From assembly GCA_039797705.1 (NCBI GenBank), contig JBDKHK010000152.1, positions 4,892 to 68,891 on the forward strand: a stretch of 64,000 nt of DNA. Reading direction: 5' to 3'. Numbering within the stretch: position 1 is the stretch's first letter; each line of letters opens with the position of its first letter. The position numbers were made by a program, and so were the translations under genes. The notes beneath the pieces were generated by a model. The model saw only the letters and a list, made by a program, of their open reading frames with translations. It did no database searches and was not told the DNA's origin. Positions 30,443-41,243 of the stretch are shown one piece after another. The DNA is from Bacteroidota bacterium. Its GTDB lineage: Bacteria > Bacteroidota > Bacteroidia > Chitinophagales > JADIYW01.

Positions 30443-31084
30443 TCAATAAAGTTTTATTCCCTGATTTTTTACAACTGCACACAGCTCACTGACCATCATG
30501 GCAGTAGCACCCCAAAGTTTTTTACCCTCTAAATCATAATAAGGTGCAATTAAATCAATACCAAGTGCACTTTTCATCGTCGTTTCTTTTACAATAGATT
30601 CTACAAAATGATGCAATGGCACTTCTAAAGTATTCGCTACTTCAATGCCATCGGGAATTAAAATTGGTTTTTCTGGTAATATACCTACAAAAGGATACAC
30701 CATAAAATTACTAGCCAAAACATATACTTGCGAAAGTGGCCCTATCACCTCGATCTGGGCACCATTAACACCCACTTCTTCATACGTTTCTCTCAATGCA
30801 GCATCCAGGGAACTACGGTCGGATTTTTCTATTTTTCCACCCGGGAAAGCAATCTGTCCGCTGTGCACTCCTTGATACACTGGGCGTTCAATAAATAGAA
30901 TATGCGGAATATTACCGATTGGATATATTAACGACATAACCGCTCCTTCTCTGCTATTGGGCAACTGTGGTACCTCTAAAGATTTATATAGGCTAACATA
31001 AGGTTTTAACAAATCCTGCGCAGGCTTTCCGGGCAATGGCTGTAAGAATGCCTGCTGTAATCCCTTTTTAAATTGTTCAAACAT
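30443..31084 (-). CDS. NUDIX hydrolase (CoA pyrophosphatase-like)
   Basis: 213 aa with the Nudix box GGKIEKSDRSSLDAALRETYEEVGV. Confidence 0.85.
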   Translation of the reverse strand: MFEQFKKGLQQAFLQPLPGKPAQDLLKPYVSLYKSLEVPQLPNSREGAVMSLIYPIGNIPHILFIERPVYQGVHSGQIAFPGGKIEKSDRSSLDAALRETYEEVGVNGAQIEVIGPLSQVYVLASNFMVYPFVGILPEKPILIPDGIEVANTLEVPLHHFVESIVKETTMKSALGIDLIAPYYDLEGKKLWGATAMMVSELCAVVKNQGIKLY

Positions 31085-31201
31085 TGCTCAAAAATAATAC
31101 AAAAGAAGCATAGAATAAATTGTTAATTCAGCATATCAATCAAATTTTATTAGTAAATTCGTAATCGAAATGAAATTATTTCTTAACAAAATAAATGCAA
31201 G

Positions 31202-32305
31202 ATGAAAAAACATTTAACGCTCATTTTGGCAACGCTATTATTATTTGGGTGTAGTAAAGATGGTAAAAAAAACAATGAAGAAAAAGAAATACTCTCTCGG
31301 ATTTCTTTTGGTTCGTGTTGTGCTCAATACTTACCAGATAAAAAGATTTTCAGTAGAATTTTAGAGGTAAATCCACAATTATACGTTGCAGGAGGCGACA
31401 ATGTTTATGCAGATTTCTTTGCATTAGCTCCTGGAACAAAAGAATACATTGAAGGAGCCTACCGTGCGCTGGCAGGAGATAAAAGATGGCAAGAATTACG
31501 TGCAAAGGTGCCAATGATTGCTACTTGGGATGACCATGATGCTGGTATGAATGATGCAACATCAACTAATCCTGTAAAGAATATTGCAAAAAATATCTTT
31601 TTTAAATTTTGGAATATTTCAGAATCAGATCCAAGACACAACAGACCAGATGGAGCAATTTATGGTTCTTATTATTACAATGATGATGCTCATAGAGTTC
31701 AAGTCATTATGCTTGACTTGCGTTACAACCATACACCTTATAAAGCTGAAGGACCCGCTGCCGCCTTGTCCGGATACGACACATTGATGTCGCCAGATGC
31801 AAGAATGATGAGTGACATTCAATGGAATTGGTTAGAAGAAGAATTAAAAAAACCGGCAAAAGTGAGAATCATCATGTCTTCTCTTCAATTTAACTCTCAA
31901 TATTCAGGTAATGAAAACTGGGCATTACTACCATTAGAAAAACAACGCATGTATGACCTTATAAAAAGCACCCGAGCAGAGGGCGTATTTTTCTTAAGTG
32001 GAGACGTTCATTTTGCAGAATTGACAAAAGTAGAACAACCGGGATTATACCCAATTTACGATGCTACTTCGAGTGGAATTACCCACCATGAAGACAAAAT
32101 AGCCACTACCAACGATGCCATCCGCGTAGGAAATGGTTGGCAATATGTAAATTTCGGATTTATTGACATTGATTGGAAAGCGAGTCCCGTATCCATCAAA
32201 ATTCAAATTTATGGAAATACAGTAGGCTCTGGTCCAAATGGAACGCTTACCTCTAATGATGCAAAAATCTCTCATACCGTAACACTGGATGAGTTAAAAT
32301 TCTAA
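31202..32305 (+). CDS. PhoD-like metallophosphatase lipoprotein
   Basis: 367 aa. Lipobox LLLFGCSKD, plus GGDNVYAD, TWDDHD and SGDVHFAE metallophosphoesterase motifs. Confidence 0.8.
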   Translation: MKKHLTLILATLLLFGCSKDGKKNNEEKEILSRISFGSCCAQYLPDKKIFSRILEVNPQLYVAGGDNVYADFFALAPGTKEYIEGAYRALAGDKRWQELRAKVPMIATWDDHDAGMNDATSTNPVKNIAKNIFFKFWNISESDPRHNRPDGAIYGSYYYNDDAHRVQVIMLDLRYNHTPYKAEGPAAALSGYDTLMSPDARMMSDIQWNWLEEELKKPAKVRIIMSSLQFNSQYSGNENWALLPLEKQRMYDLIKSTRAEGVFFLSGDVHFAELTKVEQPGLYPIYDATSSGITHHEDKIATTNDAIRVGNGWQYVNFGFIDIDWKASPVSIKIQIYGNTVGSGPNGTLTSNDAKISHTVTLDELKF

Positions 32306-32330
32306 TTAATTAATCATTACAATCTAAAAA

Positions 32331-32358
32331 AGAGGCATAAATAATGCCTCTTTTTTTT
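32331..32358 (+). terminator. Rho-independent terminator after the PhoD-like gene
   Basis: agaggcat (32331-32338) pairs with atgcctct (32344-32351), followed by a T8 run. Confidence 0.8.
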
Positions 32359-32369
32359 ATTTTTGATGT

Positions 32370-33398
32370 ATGGATATTTTTGAAAAAACAACTCAACTCT
32401 TACAAGAAGTAAATAATACAACCATTAATACGACTGAAGAATTGGAAAAATTTCGTATTCGATTTTTAGGATCTAAAAATATACTTAAAGATGTTTTTTC
32501 AGAAATAAAATCTGTCCCGAATGAACGAAAGAAAGAATTTGGTCAATTAGTGAATAGTGTAAAGCAGGCAGCAGAAGAAAAATTTGCAATCGCACAAGAA
32601 ATTTTCCAAAATGCTCTTTCCACAAACAAAGAATCCATTGATCTCACATTGCCGGGTGATGTTATCACAACAGGAGCAAGACATCCGATTCAATTAGTTA
32701 AAAATAAAATTATTGAAATTTTTAAGCGCATTGGATTTACGGTGGAAGAAGATCGCGAAATTGAAGACGACTGGCACAACTTCACTGCATTAAATATGCC
32801 GGAAGACCATCCTGCCAGAGATATGCAAGATACATTTTTTATCAATATTAATCCAGATATGGTTTTGCGTACTCATACTTCCTCGGTACAAGTGCGGGTG
32901 ATGGAAAGACAAAAGCCACCGATTCGTATTTTATCACCTGGAAGGGTATTTAGAAATGAAACCATTTCTGCTCGCTCACACTGTTTCTTTCATCAGGTAG
33001 AAGGACTGTATATCGATGAAAATGTTTCTTTCGCCGATTTATTACAAACCTTAGATTTTTTTGTAAAAGAACTATTTGGTCAAGATATAAAAATTAAAGT
33101 ACGTCCATCTTATTTCCCATTCACAGAGCCATCTGCCGAAGTGGATGTTACTTGTTTTATTTGTGGTGGAGAAGGATGCAATGTTTGCAAACATTCTGGA
33201 TGGGTAGAAATTTTAGGGTGTGGAATGGTAGATCCAAAGGTATTGGAAAATTGCAATATCGATTCTAAAAAATATTCTGGCTTTGCGTTTGGAATGGGTG
33301 TAGAGCGTATCACTATGTTGAAATATCAGATTAAAGACATTCGTTTGCTTTCTGAAAATGATACAAGATTTTTGGAGCAATTTAAAGCCGCCCAATAA
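32370..33398 (+). CDS. pheS: Phenylalanine--tRNA ligase alpha subunit
   Basis: 342 aa. Motifs: HPARDMQDTFF, PGRVFRNE, FHQVEGL and GFAFGMGVERI. Confidence 0.95.
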   Translation: MDIFEKTTQLLQEVNNTTINTTEELEKFRIRFLGSKNILKDVFSEIKSVPNERKKEFGQLVNSVKQAAEEKFAIAQEIFQNALSTNKESIDLTLPGDVITTGARHPIQLVKNKIIEIFKRIGFTVEEDREIEDDWHNFTALNMPEDHPARDMQDTFFININPDMVLRTHTSSVQVRVMERQKPPIRILSPGRVFRNETISARSHCFFHQVEGLYIDENVSFADLLQTLDFFVKELFGQDIKIKVRPSYFPFTEPSAEVDVTCFICGGEGCNVCKHSGWVEILGCGMVDPKVLENCNIDSKKYSGFAFGMGVERITMLKYQIKDIRLLSENDTRFLEQFKAAQ

Positions 33399-33404
33399 TA
33401 GGGA

Positions 33405-33731
33405 TTAAAGGCTAAAACTTTCTCCGCAACTACAGGTTCTTGAAGCGTTTGGGTTTCTGAAGTAAAATCCTTTTCCATTTAATCCTTCCGAAAAATCCAA
33501 TTCGGTGCCTATTAAATATAAAATACTTTTAGGGTCAACCACTAATTTGATACCTTTATCTTCAAATAGTTCATCATTAGAATTGGATTGATTGTCCATA
33601 CTCATGTTATAAGTCAATCCACTACACCCTCCACTGGTTACAGAAATACGCACAAAATAATCAGAAGAAAGATTATCCTCTTTACAAATACTTAGTACGC
33701 GTTCTTTTGCTATTTCAGAAATAAATATCAT
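33405..33731 (-). CDS. IscA/HesB-family iron-sulfur cluster insertion protein
   Basis: 108 aa with GGCSGL and the C-terminal CSCGESF. Confidence 0.9.
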   Translation of the reverse strand: MIFISEIAKERVLSICKEDNLSSDYFVRISVTSGGCSGLTYNMSMDNQSNSNDELFEDKGIKLVVDPKSILYLIGTELDFSEGLNGKGFYFRNPNASRTCSCGESFSL

Positions 33732-33782
33732 CTTGAATTGCTTGTTGTTTTTAAAACAAATTATTTCAATTTTAGTTTAAAT

Positions 33783-33811
33783 AAAATAGGCTCAAGAATA
33801 TCCTGAGCCTA
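33783..33811 (-). terminator. Terminator-like hairpin downstream of the OmpH pair
   Basis: taggctca (33787-33794) pairs with tgagccta (33804-33811). Short A/T runs flank it on both sides. Confidence 0.55.
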
Positions 33812-33835
33812 TTTTTATATTACTCGTTCGCTGTA

Positions 33836-34399
33836 TTATTTAGGTTTAGCTGAAGATGGTATTTGCTTTGGCTCCGGTTTAGGATCTGGCAATTTCAAGA
33901 ATGATTTTACTAATGGTAAAATATCATCTGACTCGTCGGCAAAAAGGATAGAACCTGCAGCAGAATCAAAGATATATGTATAGCTGTTTGCTTTAGCTAT
34001 TTCTTTGATAGCGCCATTAATTTTTTGAAGAATAGGTGCGTATAATTTATCTGTTTTTGCATCAATTTTTCCTTGAGCAGATTGTTGAAAATCGGTGATG
34101 CGTTTTTCTAAATCAGCCAAATCTTTTCCTAAGATTTCTAATTTTTCTTCAGACATATCTTTAGATTTTGACTGTGCTTCCATTGCTTTTTTTTGATACT
34201 CTAAGTACATTTGTTGTCCTAAAGCATCTAGCTCTGCGGAGTATTTTTCAATTGCCGAATCTGCTTTAGCTTTTTCAGGCATTAAGCTAATTAATTCTGA
34301 GGAGTTTACATAACCTAATTTGTTGGTTTTTTGGGCATACGTGCTTGCTACGATAGCAATCATTGCGATAAAAAGGAAACTAATTTTTTTCATTGTCAA
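33836..34399 (-). CDS. OmpH/Skp-family periplasmic chaperone
   Basis: 187 aa with a signal peptide, a coiled-coil-rich body, and YTYIFDSAAGSILFADE near the C-terminus. Located downstream of bamA. Confidence 0.85.
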   Translation of the reverse strand: MTMKKISFLFIAMIAIVASTYAQKTNKLGYVNSSELISLMPEKAKADSAIEKYSAELDALGQQMYLEYQKKAMEAQSKSKDMSEEKLEILGKDLADLEKRITDFQQSAQGKIDAKTDKLYAPILQKINGAIKEIAKANSYTYIFDSAAGSILFADESDDILPLVKSFLKLPDPKPEPKQIPSSAKPK

Positions 34400-34436
34400 G
34401 TTTGTTTATATTAATTATGTTAGTTAATCATTCAAA

Positions 34437-34949
34437 TTACATGCCTAATTTTTTTAGGACTTCTTCGCTTATATCGTATTGCGGGTTGGTATAAAGCATA
34501 GAAGCACTACCGGATGCTTTATCAAAGATAAAATCATAGGAACGGGTTTGTGCTATTTTTTGTACGGCATCAAATACTTTGTCTTGTATGGGTTGTACTA
34601 ATTCTTGTCTTTTTTTAAATAAATCGCCATTGAATCCGAAGCGGTTTTTTTGTAAATCTTTCAATTCGTCTTCTGCTTTTACAATTTCATCTTCGCGTTG
34701 TTTTTTTAAATCTGCTGTCAATAAAAATTCTTCTGCTTGATATTTGCTATACATTTTTTTTAATGCATCATTTTTTTGGTCTATTTCTTTTTGCCAAGAG
34801 GCAGCCTGATCGTCTAATTTTTGCTGGGCTGCCTTATAGTCTGGCAATCTTTCTAAGATATATTTGGTATCTACATACGCAAAGCGTTGTGCGTTTGCGG
34901 AGAATACAACGGCAACAAAGAGTGTAACTACTAAAAATACCTGTTTCAT
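34437..34949 (-). CDS. OmpH/Skp-family periplasmic chaperone (second paralogue)
   Basis: 170 aa with a signal peptide (ANAQRFAYVDTKYILERLPDY) and the C-terminal YDFIFDKASGS. Confidence 0.85.
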   Translation of the reverse strand: MKQVFLVVTLFVAVVFSANAQRFAYVDTKYILERLPDYKAAQQKLDDQAASWQKEIDQKNDALKKMYSKYQAEEFLLTADLKKQREDEIVKAEDELKDLQKNRFGFNGDLFKKRQELVQPIQDKVFDAVQKIAQTRSYDFIFDKASGSASMLYTNPQYDISEEVLKKLGM

Positions 34950-34976
34950 TATTTTGTTTTTCTTTATTTAAAAAAA

Positions 34977-37625
34977 TTATTCCGGTTCAAATCCAAGTAT
35001 GAATGAAATATTTCCATTTTTTCCTATGTAATCAAAAAATCCACTGGATGATTTAATCGGACTACCATTAGCACTATCAAATCGTATGCCATAGTCTATA
35101 CCAATTAATCCGAACATTGGTAATACTGCACGAACACCAATTCCGACACTTTTCTTCAATTTGAATGGGTTGTAATCTTTAAAAGAGGGATAAGTATTTG
35201 CTGTTTCAAAGAATAGTAAACCAAAAATAGTAGCAGAAGGATTTAAGGAGAATGGGTATCTTAATTCTAATAAGAATTTATTATAAATTGGATCGCCACC
35301 GGAGGTGGAGTAATCTCCTTCAAAACCACGGTGTGCTATTACATCTGTTCCAAAAAGGGTGATGTTGGATGGAATTCCGTTTCCACCTACTTGGAAGCGT
35401 TCAAATGGTGTGGTTCCTAATTTTTTATTGTAAGATCCTAAGAAACCAAATTTTGCTGCTGCATGTAATACAAATTTAGATTTTCCTAAGGATTGGTACC
35501 AATCAATGTTGACTTTCCATTTGTGGTATTCTATCAATTTGTATTTTTGAGCAATGGTTTGACCTTCAAAAGAATTGTCTTTTCTGAATAAGGAATAAGG
35601 TGGTGTAAATTGCACAGAGGCTTCAATTTTAGCTCCGCCTGTTGGGAATATTGGCTGATTAATTGAATTTCTTGAAAGGGAAATTTTAAAGTTTAAGTTG
35701 TTGAATTTTCCGCTATCCAAGGGTGTTTCTCCAACAAAATATCTGTTGGTAAAATGGTTTAATTTATAACCGTAATAATTGGCAGATGCTTGTACAACAA
35801 AGAAGTCGTCTGGTTTTTTTAATCTTGTTCCTAAAGAAACCGAAAGTCCGTTTGTAATTTGCCTGCCTAAGGTTTGATTATTAGAAACATCTTGAATACG
35901 AGAGTGAAAGGCTGCTACCGTGAAAGCATTTGGTTTTTTGCCTCCAAGCCAAGGTTCTGTAAAGGCGAAATTAAAATTTTGATATCGTTTTCCATTACTT
36001 TCTACCCGAAGGGTTAATTGCTGTCCGTCGCCTGTTGGTAGTGGTGACCATGCTTTTTTATTAATGATATTCCGGAGGGAGAAGTTGTTGAATTTCAATC
36101 CCAGTGTTCCAATTAATCCGCCTTGTTTTCCACCCCAGCCTGCAGATAATTCTACTTGATCGGCTGATTTTTCTTTGACGGTGTATTTTATATCTACCGT
36201 TCCATCTACAGGATTTGGAATAGGTTCTACTCTTGTTTCTTGTGGGTCAAAAAATCCAAGATTTGCTATTTCTCTTTGAGAGCGTATTAAATCGGAACGG
36301 CTAAATTTATCTCCTGGGAATGTGCGTAATTCTCTACGAATGACATGATCGTTGGTTTTGTCATTCCCTTCAATAATGACATTTTTGATAGTTGCCTGTG
36401 GTCCTTCATTAATTCTAACTTCTATGTCGATAGAATCATTTTCTACTGCTACTTCTACTGGGTTTACACTAAAAAATAAATAACCGTCATCATAATAAAG
36501 CGAGCTAATGTCGCCTCCATCGGGGTCTTGCGATATTTTTTTCTGTAATAATGCTGCATTATATACATCTCCTTTGTTTATGTTTAATACTTTAGAGAGT
36601 GTTTCTGATGGGTATTTAGAATTTCCTTTAAAATTAATATCTCTAAAATAATAACGGTGTCCTTCGTCCAGATTCATTACAATGCTTACGTTGCCATCTG
36701 GGTCATTCATTACGGTATCAGACATTATTTTTGCATCTCTAAATCCATTATTATTATAGTAATCAATTAATTTTTGCTTGTCTTCTTCGTATTTTTTATC
36801 ATTAAATTTAGAACCTTTAAATGTTATTCTAAATCTATCCATGAAGAAATCTTTTACTGAATTTGAGTTCAGATTTGCCAAAGTGTAAAGGGCATCTTTT
36901 GCTTTTTGTTTTCTGCTTCTGCCATCATTTAAAACTAATTCAACTCTAGAGCGTTCTTTGGTATTTTTCATTGCTTTTCTCATCTTTGCCAGCTCACCGA
37001 ATTCTCTGCCTACAAATTCTATATTGTTGATTTTTACTTTATTTCCTTTATCAATATTGACTACTACGGAAGTGCTATTGACTAAATTTTCGTCTTTTTT
37101 TTCTACTATTGTAATTTGAGGGTTCAGGTAAGATTTATCTTCATATTTATCAACAATCGTATTTCTTATATTCTGTTTTAATGCATCTGTCAAAGGTTTT
37201 CCTTTGAACATATCTAATTTTTTCTTTATATCATCTGCATCGCTTTTTTTCAAGCCACGTATGGTAATGTCATTAAGCCTTGGACGTTCTTGTACGTCAA
37301 TAGTGAGGTATATGTTTTCGCCTTCAATTTTATCGGCAAAAACGCTTACATTTCCAAACAAACCTTGTTTCCATAAATTTTTAATACACTTAGTCAGTTC
37401 ATCTCCTGGAATGGTAATAGTTTCGCCTATTTTTATTCCTGTGAGTGATTTAATAATATTTTTGTCAAGATATTTTGTGCCGCTAATTTCCAAAGCAGCA
37501 AGTTTATATTTCTTTGGGTTTTTATAATTAATCAAGGAAGTATCGATGCTTTGGGCTTCGGAAAAATAAAAAGAGAACAAAAAACCAATAAGGAGCAGTG
37601 CTGATAATTTTTTTGTGAAGGTCAT
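34977..37625 (-). CDS. bamA: Outer membrane protein assembly factor BamA
   Basis: 882 aa with a signal peptide, five POTRA-like repeats (e.g. IEFVGREFG, INFKGNSKY, VIIEGNDKTNDHVIRREL) and a C-terminal Omp85 barrel. It sits in the uppS-bamA-ompH-ompH arrangement. Confidence 0.93.
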   Translation of the reverse strand: MTFTKKLSALLLIGFLFSFYFSEAQSIDTSLINYKNPKKYKLAALEISGTKYLDKNIIKSLTGIKIGETITIPGDELTKCIKNLWKQGLFGNVSVFADKIEGENIYLTIDVQERPRLNDITIRGLKKSDADDIKKKLDMFKGKPLTDALKQNIRNTIVDKYEDKSYLNPQITIVEKKDENLVNSTSVVVNIDKGNKVKINNIEFVGREFGELAKMRKAMKNTKERSRVELVLNDGRSRKQKAKDALYTLANLNSNSVKDFFMDRFRITFKGSKFNDKKYEEDKQKLIDYYNNNGFRDAKIMSDTVMNDPDGNVSIVMNLDEGHRYYFRDINFKGNSKYPSETLSKVLNINKGDVYNAALLQKKISQDPDGGDISSLYYDDGYLFFSVNPVEVAVENDSIDIEVRINEGPQATIKNVIIEGNDKTNDHVIRRELRTFPGDKFSRSDLIRSQREIANLGFFDPQETRVEPIPNPVDGTVDIKYTVKEKSADQVELSAGWGGKQGGLIGTLGLKFNNFSLRNIINKKAWSPLPTGDGQQLTLRVESNGKRYQNFNFAFTEPWLGGKKPNAFTVAAFHSRIQDVSNNQTLGRQITNGLSVSLGTRLKKPDDFFVVQASANYYGYKLNHFTNRYFVGETPLDSGKFNNLNFKISLSRNSINQPIFPTGGAKIEASVQFTPPYSLFRKDNSFEGQTIAQKYKLIEYHKWKVNIDWYQSLGKSKFVLHAAAKFGFLGSYNKKLGTTPFERFQVGGNGIPSNITLFGTDVIAHRGFEGDYSTSGGDPIYNKFLLELRYPFSLNPSATIFGLLFFETANTYPSFKDYNPFKLKKSVGIGVRAVLPMFGLIGIDYGIRFDSANGSPIKSSSGFFDYIGKNGNISFILGFEPE

Positions 37626-37661
37626 CTGTGTTGGAGTTATTAAAGGTTAATTGTTATTATT

Positions 37662-38423
37662 TTATTTAGTTAATTGTTCGCTAATCATTCCAAATCTTCT
37701 TTCGCGGTTTTGAAACTCATAAACAGCTTTGAATAAGTCGTTTTTTTCGAATTCGGGCCAAAATTTTTCGGTAAAATATAATTCGGCATACGCTAATTGC
37801 CATAATAAAAAATTACTAATTCTATGCTCTCCACTGGTTCGTATCATCAGTTCTGGATCGGGCATGTCTTTGGTGTATAAATAATTGCTAATGGATTGTT
37901 GGGTTATTTCATCTGTTGTTATTTTTCCTTCTTTCAAATCCATCGCTATTTGTCTGGTTGCTTCTGTTAGTTCCTCTCTAGATCCATAGCTTAATGCAAG
38001 TGTCAATACCATGCGGGTATTTTGCTTTGTTGCTTCCATTACTTCCATCAATGCTTTTCTATTGGATTCCGGTAAGGAATGGAAATTTCCAATTACATTT
38101 AATCGGATATTATTTTTCTGAAGCGTTTTAATTTCTCTTCCAACGGTCAGAAACAATAATTCCATCAATGCAGAAACTTCTGTTTTTGGGCGATTCCAAT
38201 TTTCTGTAGAAAAGGCATAAAGAGTTAAATATTTAATGCCTATTTCAGCACATCCTTCTGATACTTCCCGAACTGCTTTCACTCCATTCTTATGTCCAAA
38301 GATACGATGTTTTCCTTGTGCTTTTGCCCATCTGCCATTGCCATCCATAATGATAGCGATATGCTCTGGCAATCGGGTGGTATCGACTTTCTCTTTATAA
38401 ACTATCGTTTCTGTTGAACTCAA
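37662..38423 (-). CDS. uppS: Isoprenyl transferase (undecaprenyl diphosphate synthase)
   Basis: 253 aa. Motifs: HIAIIMDGNGRWA, LTLYAFSTENWNRP, RTSGEHRISNFLLWQ and AYAELYF. Confidence 0.95.
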   Translation of the reverse strand: MSSTETIVYKEKVDTTRLPEHIAIIMDGNGRWAKAQGKHRIFGHKNGVKAVREVSEGCAEIGIKYLTLYAFSTENWNRPKTEVSALMELLFLTVGREIKTLQKNNIRLNVIGNFHSLPESNRKALMEVMEATKQNTRMVLTLALSYGSREELTEATRQIAMDLKEGKITTDEITQQSISNYLYTKDMPDPELMIRTSGEHRISNFLLWQLAYAELYFTEKFWPEFEKNDLFKAVYEFQNRERRFGMISEQLTK

Positions 38424-38439
38424 TGTATTTTCTTTTTTA

Positions 38440-39279
38440 TTAAAAAACTTTTGGACATTTTATGGTATTGATGGTATAGGTTAATCCGACACCTACAAAC
38501 ATGAATCTATCCTTATCTTTACTGGTTCCTCTTTGCTTTCCAGGAATTCCTATTTTATCTTTTGACTTGTCTGCCAATAATGGTCCAACATTTACGCCGT
38601 TTACAAAATAATTTACATCTTCATATTCTGCATAATTGCCACTCACATCGTCTAAATAGTCAATAAAAGTAATGCGGCTGCTTGCTTCAATATTCAATGC
38701 CCAATTTCTATTTAATGCTATTTTTACTCCTAGTCCATAAGGGATAGCAAATGTGTATTGGTCATACCCTCTGTTTCGGGTTGGTCTGTTGGCAGATTTT
38801 TGTCCCTCTGTTCCAACGGATTCTAAAGTATATTTATTTCCATTTAATTGAGTGTAAGGATTGTAATAAAATAAACTTCCTCCTATAAAAATATATGGTG
38901 TCCATAATTTAGTGCCTCTGGATTTTGTTAAGGAGTATTTGAAGAAATTAATTTCAAATGTGGCGGCTAATTCTGCAATATGTGTTTGAAAACTCAGATT
39001 GCGTGCTTGCAAGTAAGGGTATCTTTTTATGCGTTTATCGGCAGCATCTAAAAAACCATAATTAAATTCTCCTCTAAATGCCATTCTATTATTCAAATTA
39101 TAACGATAAAATACGCCACTTCCCCATCTTGCATTTTTAAATGACATGTTAGGATTTAAATCGCCCAAATAAACAGCTGTTCCTGCCCAGAATCCAAATT
39201 CATTCTCTTGGGCTATAGACGTATTGATACCCCACCCTATGGATAGTAACAGACAAAATATTTTTAGGCTCTTTCGCAA
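38440..39279 (-). CDS. Outer-membrane beta-barrel protein (DUF6089-like)
   Basis: 279 aa with a signal peptide and alternating aromatic strands. Begins EFGFWAGTAVYLGDLN. The family name is from memory of the uppS neighbourhood. Confidence 0.6.
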   Translation of the reverse strand: MRKSLKIFCLLLSIGWGINTSIAQENEFGFWAGTAVYLGDLNPNMSFKNARWGSGVFYRYNLNNRMAFRGEFNYGFLDAADKRIKRYPYLQARNLSFQTHIAELAATFEINFFKYSLTKSRGTKLWTPYIFIGGSLFYYNPYTQLNGNKYTLESVGTEGQKSANRPTRNRGYDQYTFAIPYGLGVKIALNRNWALNIEASSRITFIDYLDDVSGNYAEYEDVNYFVNGVNVGPLLADKSKDKIGIPGKQRGTSKDKDRFMFVGVGLTYTINTIKCPKVF

Positions 39280-39396
39280 AGAGAGTATTTTAAGATTAGC
39301 AAAGATACATTTTTGCCCTTAATAACAGAATAACTTAACCGTTATAAGGTTTTATTAATGAGGATATTTGGTAAAATTCACATTTTTTAAGGCAAA

Positions 39397-40386
39397 TTAC
39401 ACATCAAATACATTTTTGAAATATTCTATGGTCAATGGTAATCCATTTTCAAAACTATACTTCGGTTGATAAGCTAATAATTTTTGGGCTTTTGAAATAT
39501 CGGCCAAAGAATCTCGAATATCACCAGCACGCGGTTCTCGGTGGATGGCTGCAATATTTTTGTTCAAAAATTTTCGAATTTCATTGTACATCTGATTTAT
39601 TGTAAACCGCTGTCCAAAGGCGATATTATAGACTTGATTCAGAGCTGCCGGATTTTGAGTTGTAAGTCCTAAAATATTTGCTTGAACAGCGTTGTGTACA
39701 TACGTAAAATCACGAGATTGCTCACCGTCACCATTCACGTAGGGTGCTTTGTTTTCTAATAAAGCCTTGATAAACAAGGGCATTACTGCTGCGTATTCTC
39801 CATTGGGGTCTTGTTTTGGTCCAAAAATATTAAAATAACGCAAGCCTATTAATTCTAATGGATAGCATCTTGAAAAGACATTGGCATATATCTCATTGGT
39901 GCATTTGGTAACAGCGTACGGTGACAATGGATTTCCAATGCGTTCTTCTTTTTTAGGCAAATTGGGCTCATCGCCATAGACCGAAGAGGAGGAGGCATAG
40001 ACAAAACGACAGATACCTGCATTTTTTGAAGCTGTCAGCATATTGACAAAGCCACTGATATTGACTTCGTTGGTGGTAATTGGGTCTTTGATGGAACGTG
40101 GCACAGAGCCAATAGCTGCCTGATGGCACACCATGTCTATTTCTTTACATGCTATTATACAATCTTTGGGATTTCGTATATCTCCTTGCAAAAATTCAAA
40201 ATTAGCATTTCCTTCAAATTCTTTTAAATTATTCAGGTTGCCTGTTGCCAAATTATCTAACACACGAACTTTGGCGCCGTGCTTCAATAGATATTCTGCA
40301 ATGTTAGATCCGATAAATCCTGCTCCTCCTGTAATTAAAATTCGCTTATTTTCAATTGGAGATAAATGTATTGCTTGTTCGTACAT
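39397..40386 (-). CDS. NAD-dependent nucleotide-sugar epimerase (extended SDR, WbpP/Cap-type 4-epimerase-like)
   Basis: 329 aa with ITGGAGFIGSN and the catalytic YAVTK (YxxxK). Confidence 0.85.
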   Translation of the reverse strand: MYEQAIHLSPIENKRILITGGAGFIGSNIAEYLLKHGAKVRVLDNLATGNLNNLKEFEGNANFEFLQGDIRNPKDCIIACKEIDMVCHQAAIGSVPRSIKDPITTNEVNISGFVNMLTASKNAGICRFVYASSSSVYGDEPNLPKKEERIGNPLSPYAVTKCTNEIYANVFSRCYPLELIGLRYFNIFGPKQDPNGEYAAVMPLFIKALLENKAPYVNGDGEQSRDFTYVHNAVQANILGLTTQNPAALNQVYNIAFGQRFTINQMYNEIRKFLNKNIAAIHREPRAGDIRDSLADISKAQKLLAYQPKYSFENGLPLTIEYFKNVFDV

Positions 40387-40406
40387 AATTTATATGAAGC
40401 ACAAAT

Positions 40407-41243
40407 TTAATTAATTAAACTGATTTTTCCTTTAGCTAAAAATGCTGCTCTTGGCCCATCGGGGTGCAAGGTAATATTTTCTAATTCTAAATCATTAATA
40501 CTCCCCTTCAACCAGCTCGCTTGGCTTTGAAAGGAGGTAATTTGCTCTTGCGCCTGTTCCCTTGCCAATAGTAGTTCTTCTTTAAAATTATATTGAATAA
40601 AATCTGATAAAAAATCTATTATTTCATGGTGATAAAATTGATCTACCAACTCAAGCATCCAGCTATTTGTCTTCAATTCATAGTGTAAATTTCTTGTTTT
40701 TATAACACATTCTACGGTGTCATATTTCAAGTATCCTTTTAAAATAACAGAGCCTTTCATTTCTTTTTTCCAAAACCATCGTGCTGATTTTATCGCAAAC
40801 TGAACCAATACAATTGCTTTTTCTCCTTCATTACTAAAAGAAAAATCATCTATGCGGATATAATACTTGTTTTCCTCAATAGGGTATGTTTCATTTGCAA
40901 AAATTTTATTAAAAAATTTATCTACTTCTTCATAGGGCATAAATGCTTTGATATCTATATCAAAATTATAGGCTGCAAGATTCTTCTCATTTTCTCCTAA
41001 ATTTAAGGTTAGCAAGTTGATCGTTCGTTCTATTCTCCGCTGCACTAAATTCTCTATCGTACTATGGATGGATAATTGCACGGTGGCGGTATCTATTTCT
41101 AATGCGGTATCCGCACTGTAAATTTCAATTGGCTTTAAGGTGATTAACTGCCGAAGGCGACCACTTGAAAAGATATATTGCTGGACTTGACTCCAAAAAT
41201 CTATGAATATATTTCCTCCAATTATTTTATCTATAAATGACAT
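40407..41243 (-). CDS. Hypothetical protein (possibly DUF4403-like)
   Basis: 278-aa ORF with coding-like composition. The family suggestion is weak and from memory only. Confidence 0.45.
   Translation of the reverse strand: MSFIDKIIGGNIFIDFWSQVQQYIFSSGRLRQLITLKPIEIYSADTALEIDTATVQLSIHSTIENLVQRRIERTINLLTLNLGENEKNLAAYNFDIDIKAFMPYEEVDKFFNKIFANETYPIEENKYYIRIDDFSFSNEGEKAIVLVQFAIKSARWFWKKEMKGSVILKGYLKYDTVECVIKTRNLHYELKTNSWMLELVDQFYHHEIIDFLSDFIQYNFKEELLLAREQAQEQITSFQSQASWLKGSINDLELENITLHPDGPRAAFLAKGKISLIN

Noticed and set aside
34981-34994. tccGGTTCAAATCC, resembling a tRNA T-arm/T-loop
   Set aside because: It lies inside the last codons of bamA (minus strand, ...GFEPE stop). No acceptor, D or anticodon stems can be built from the flanks.
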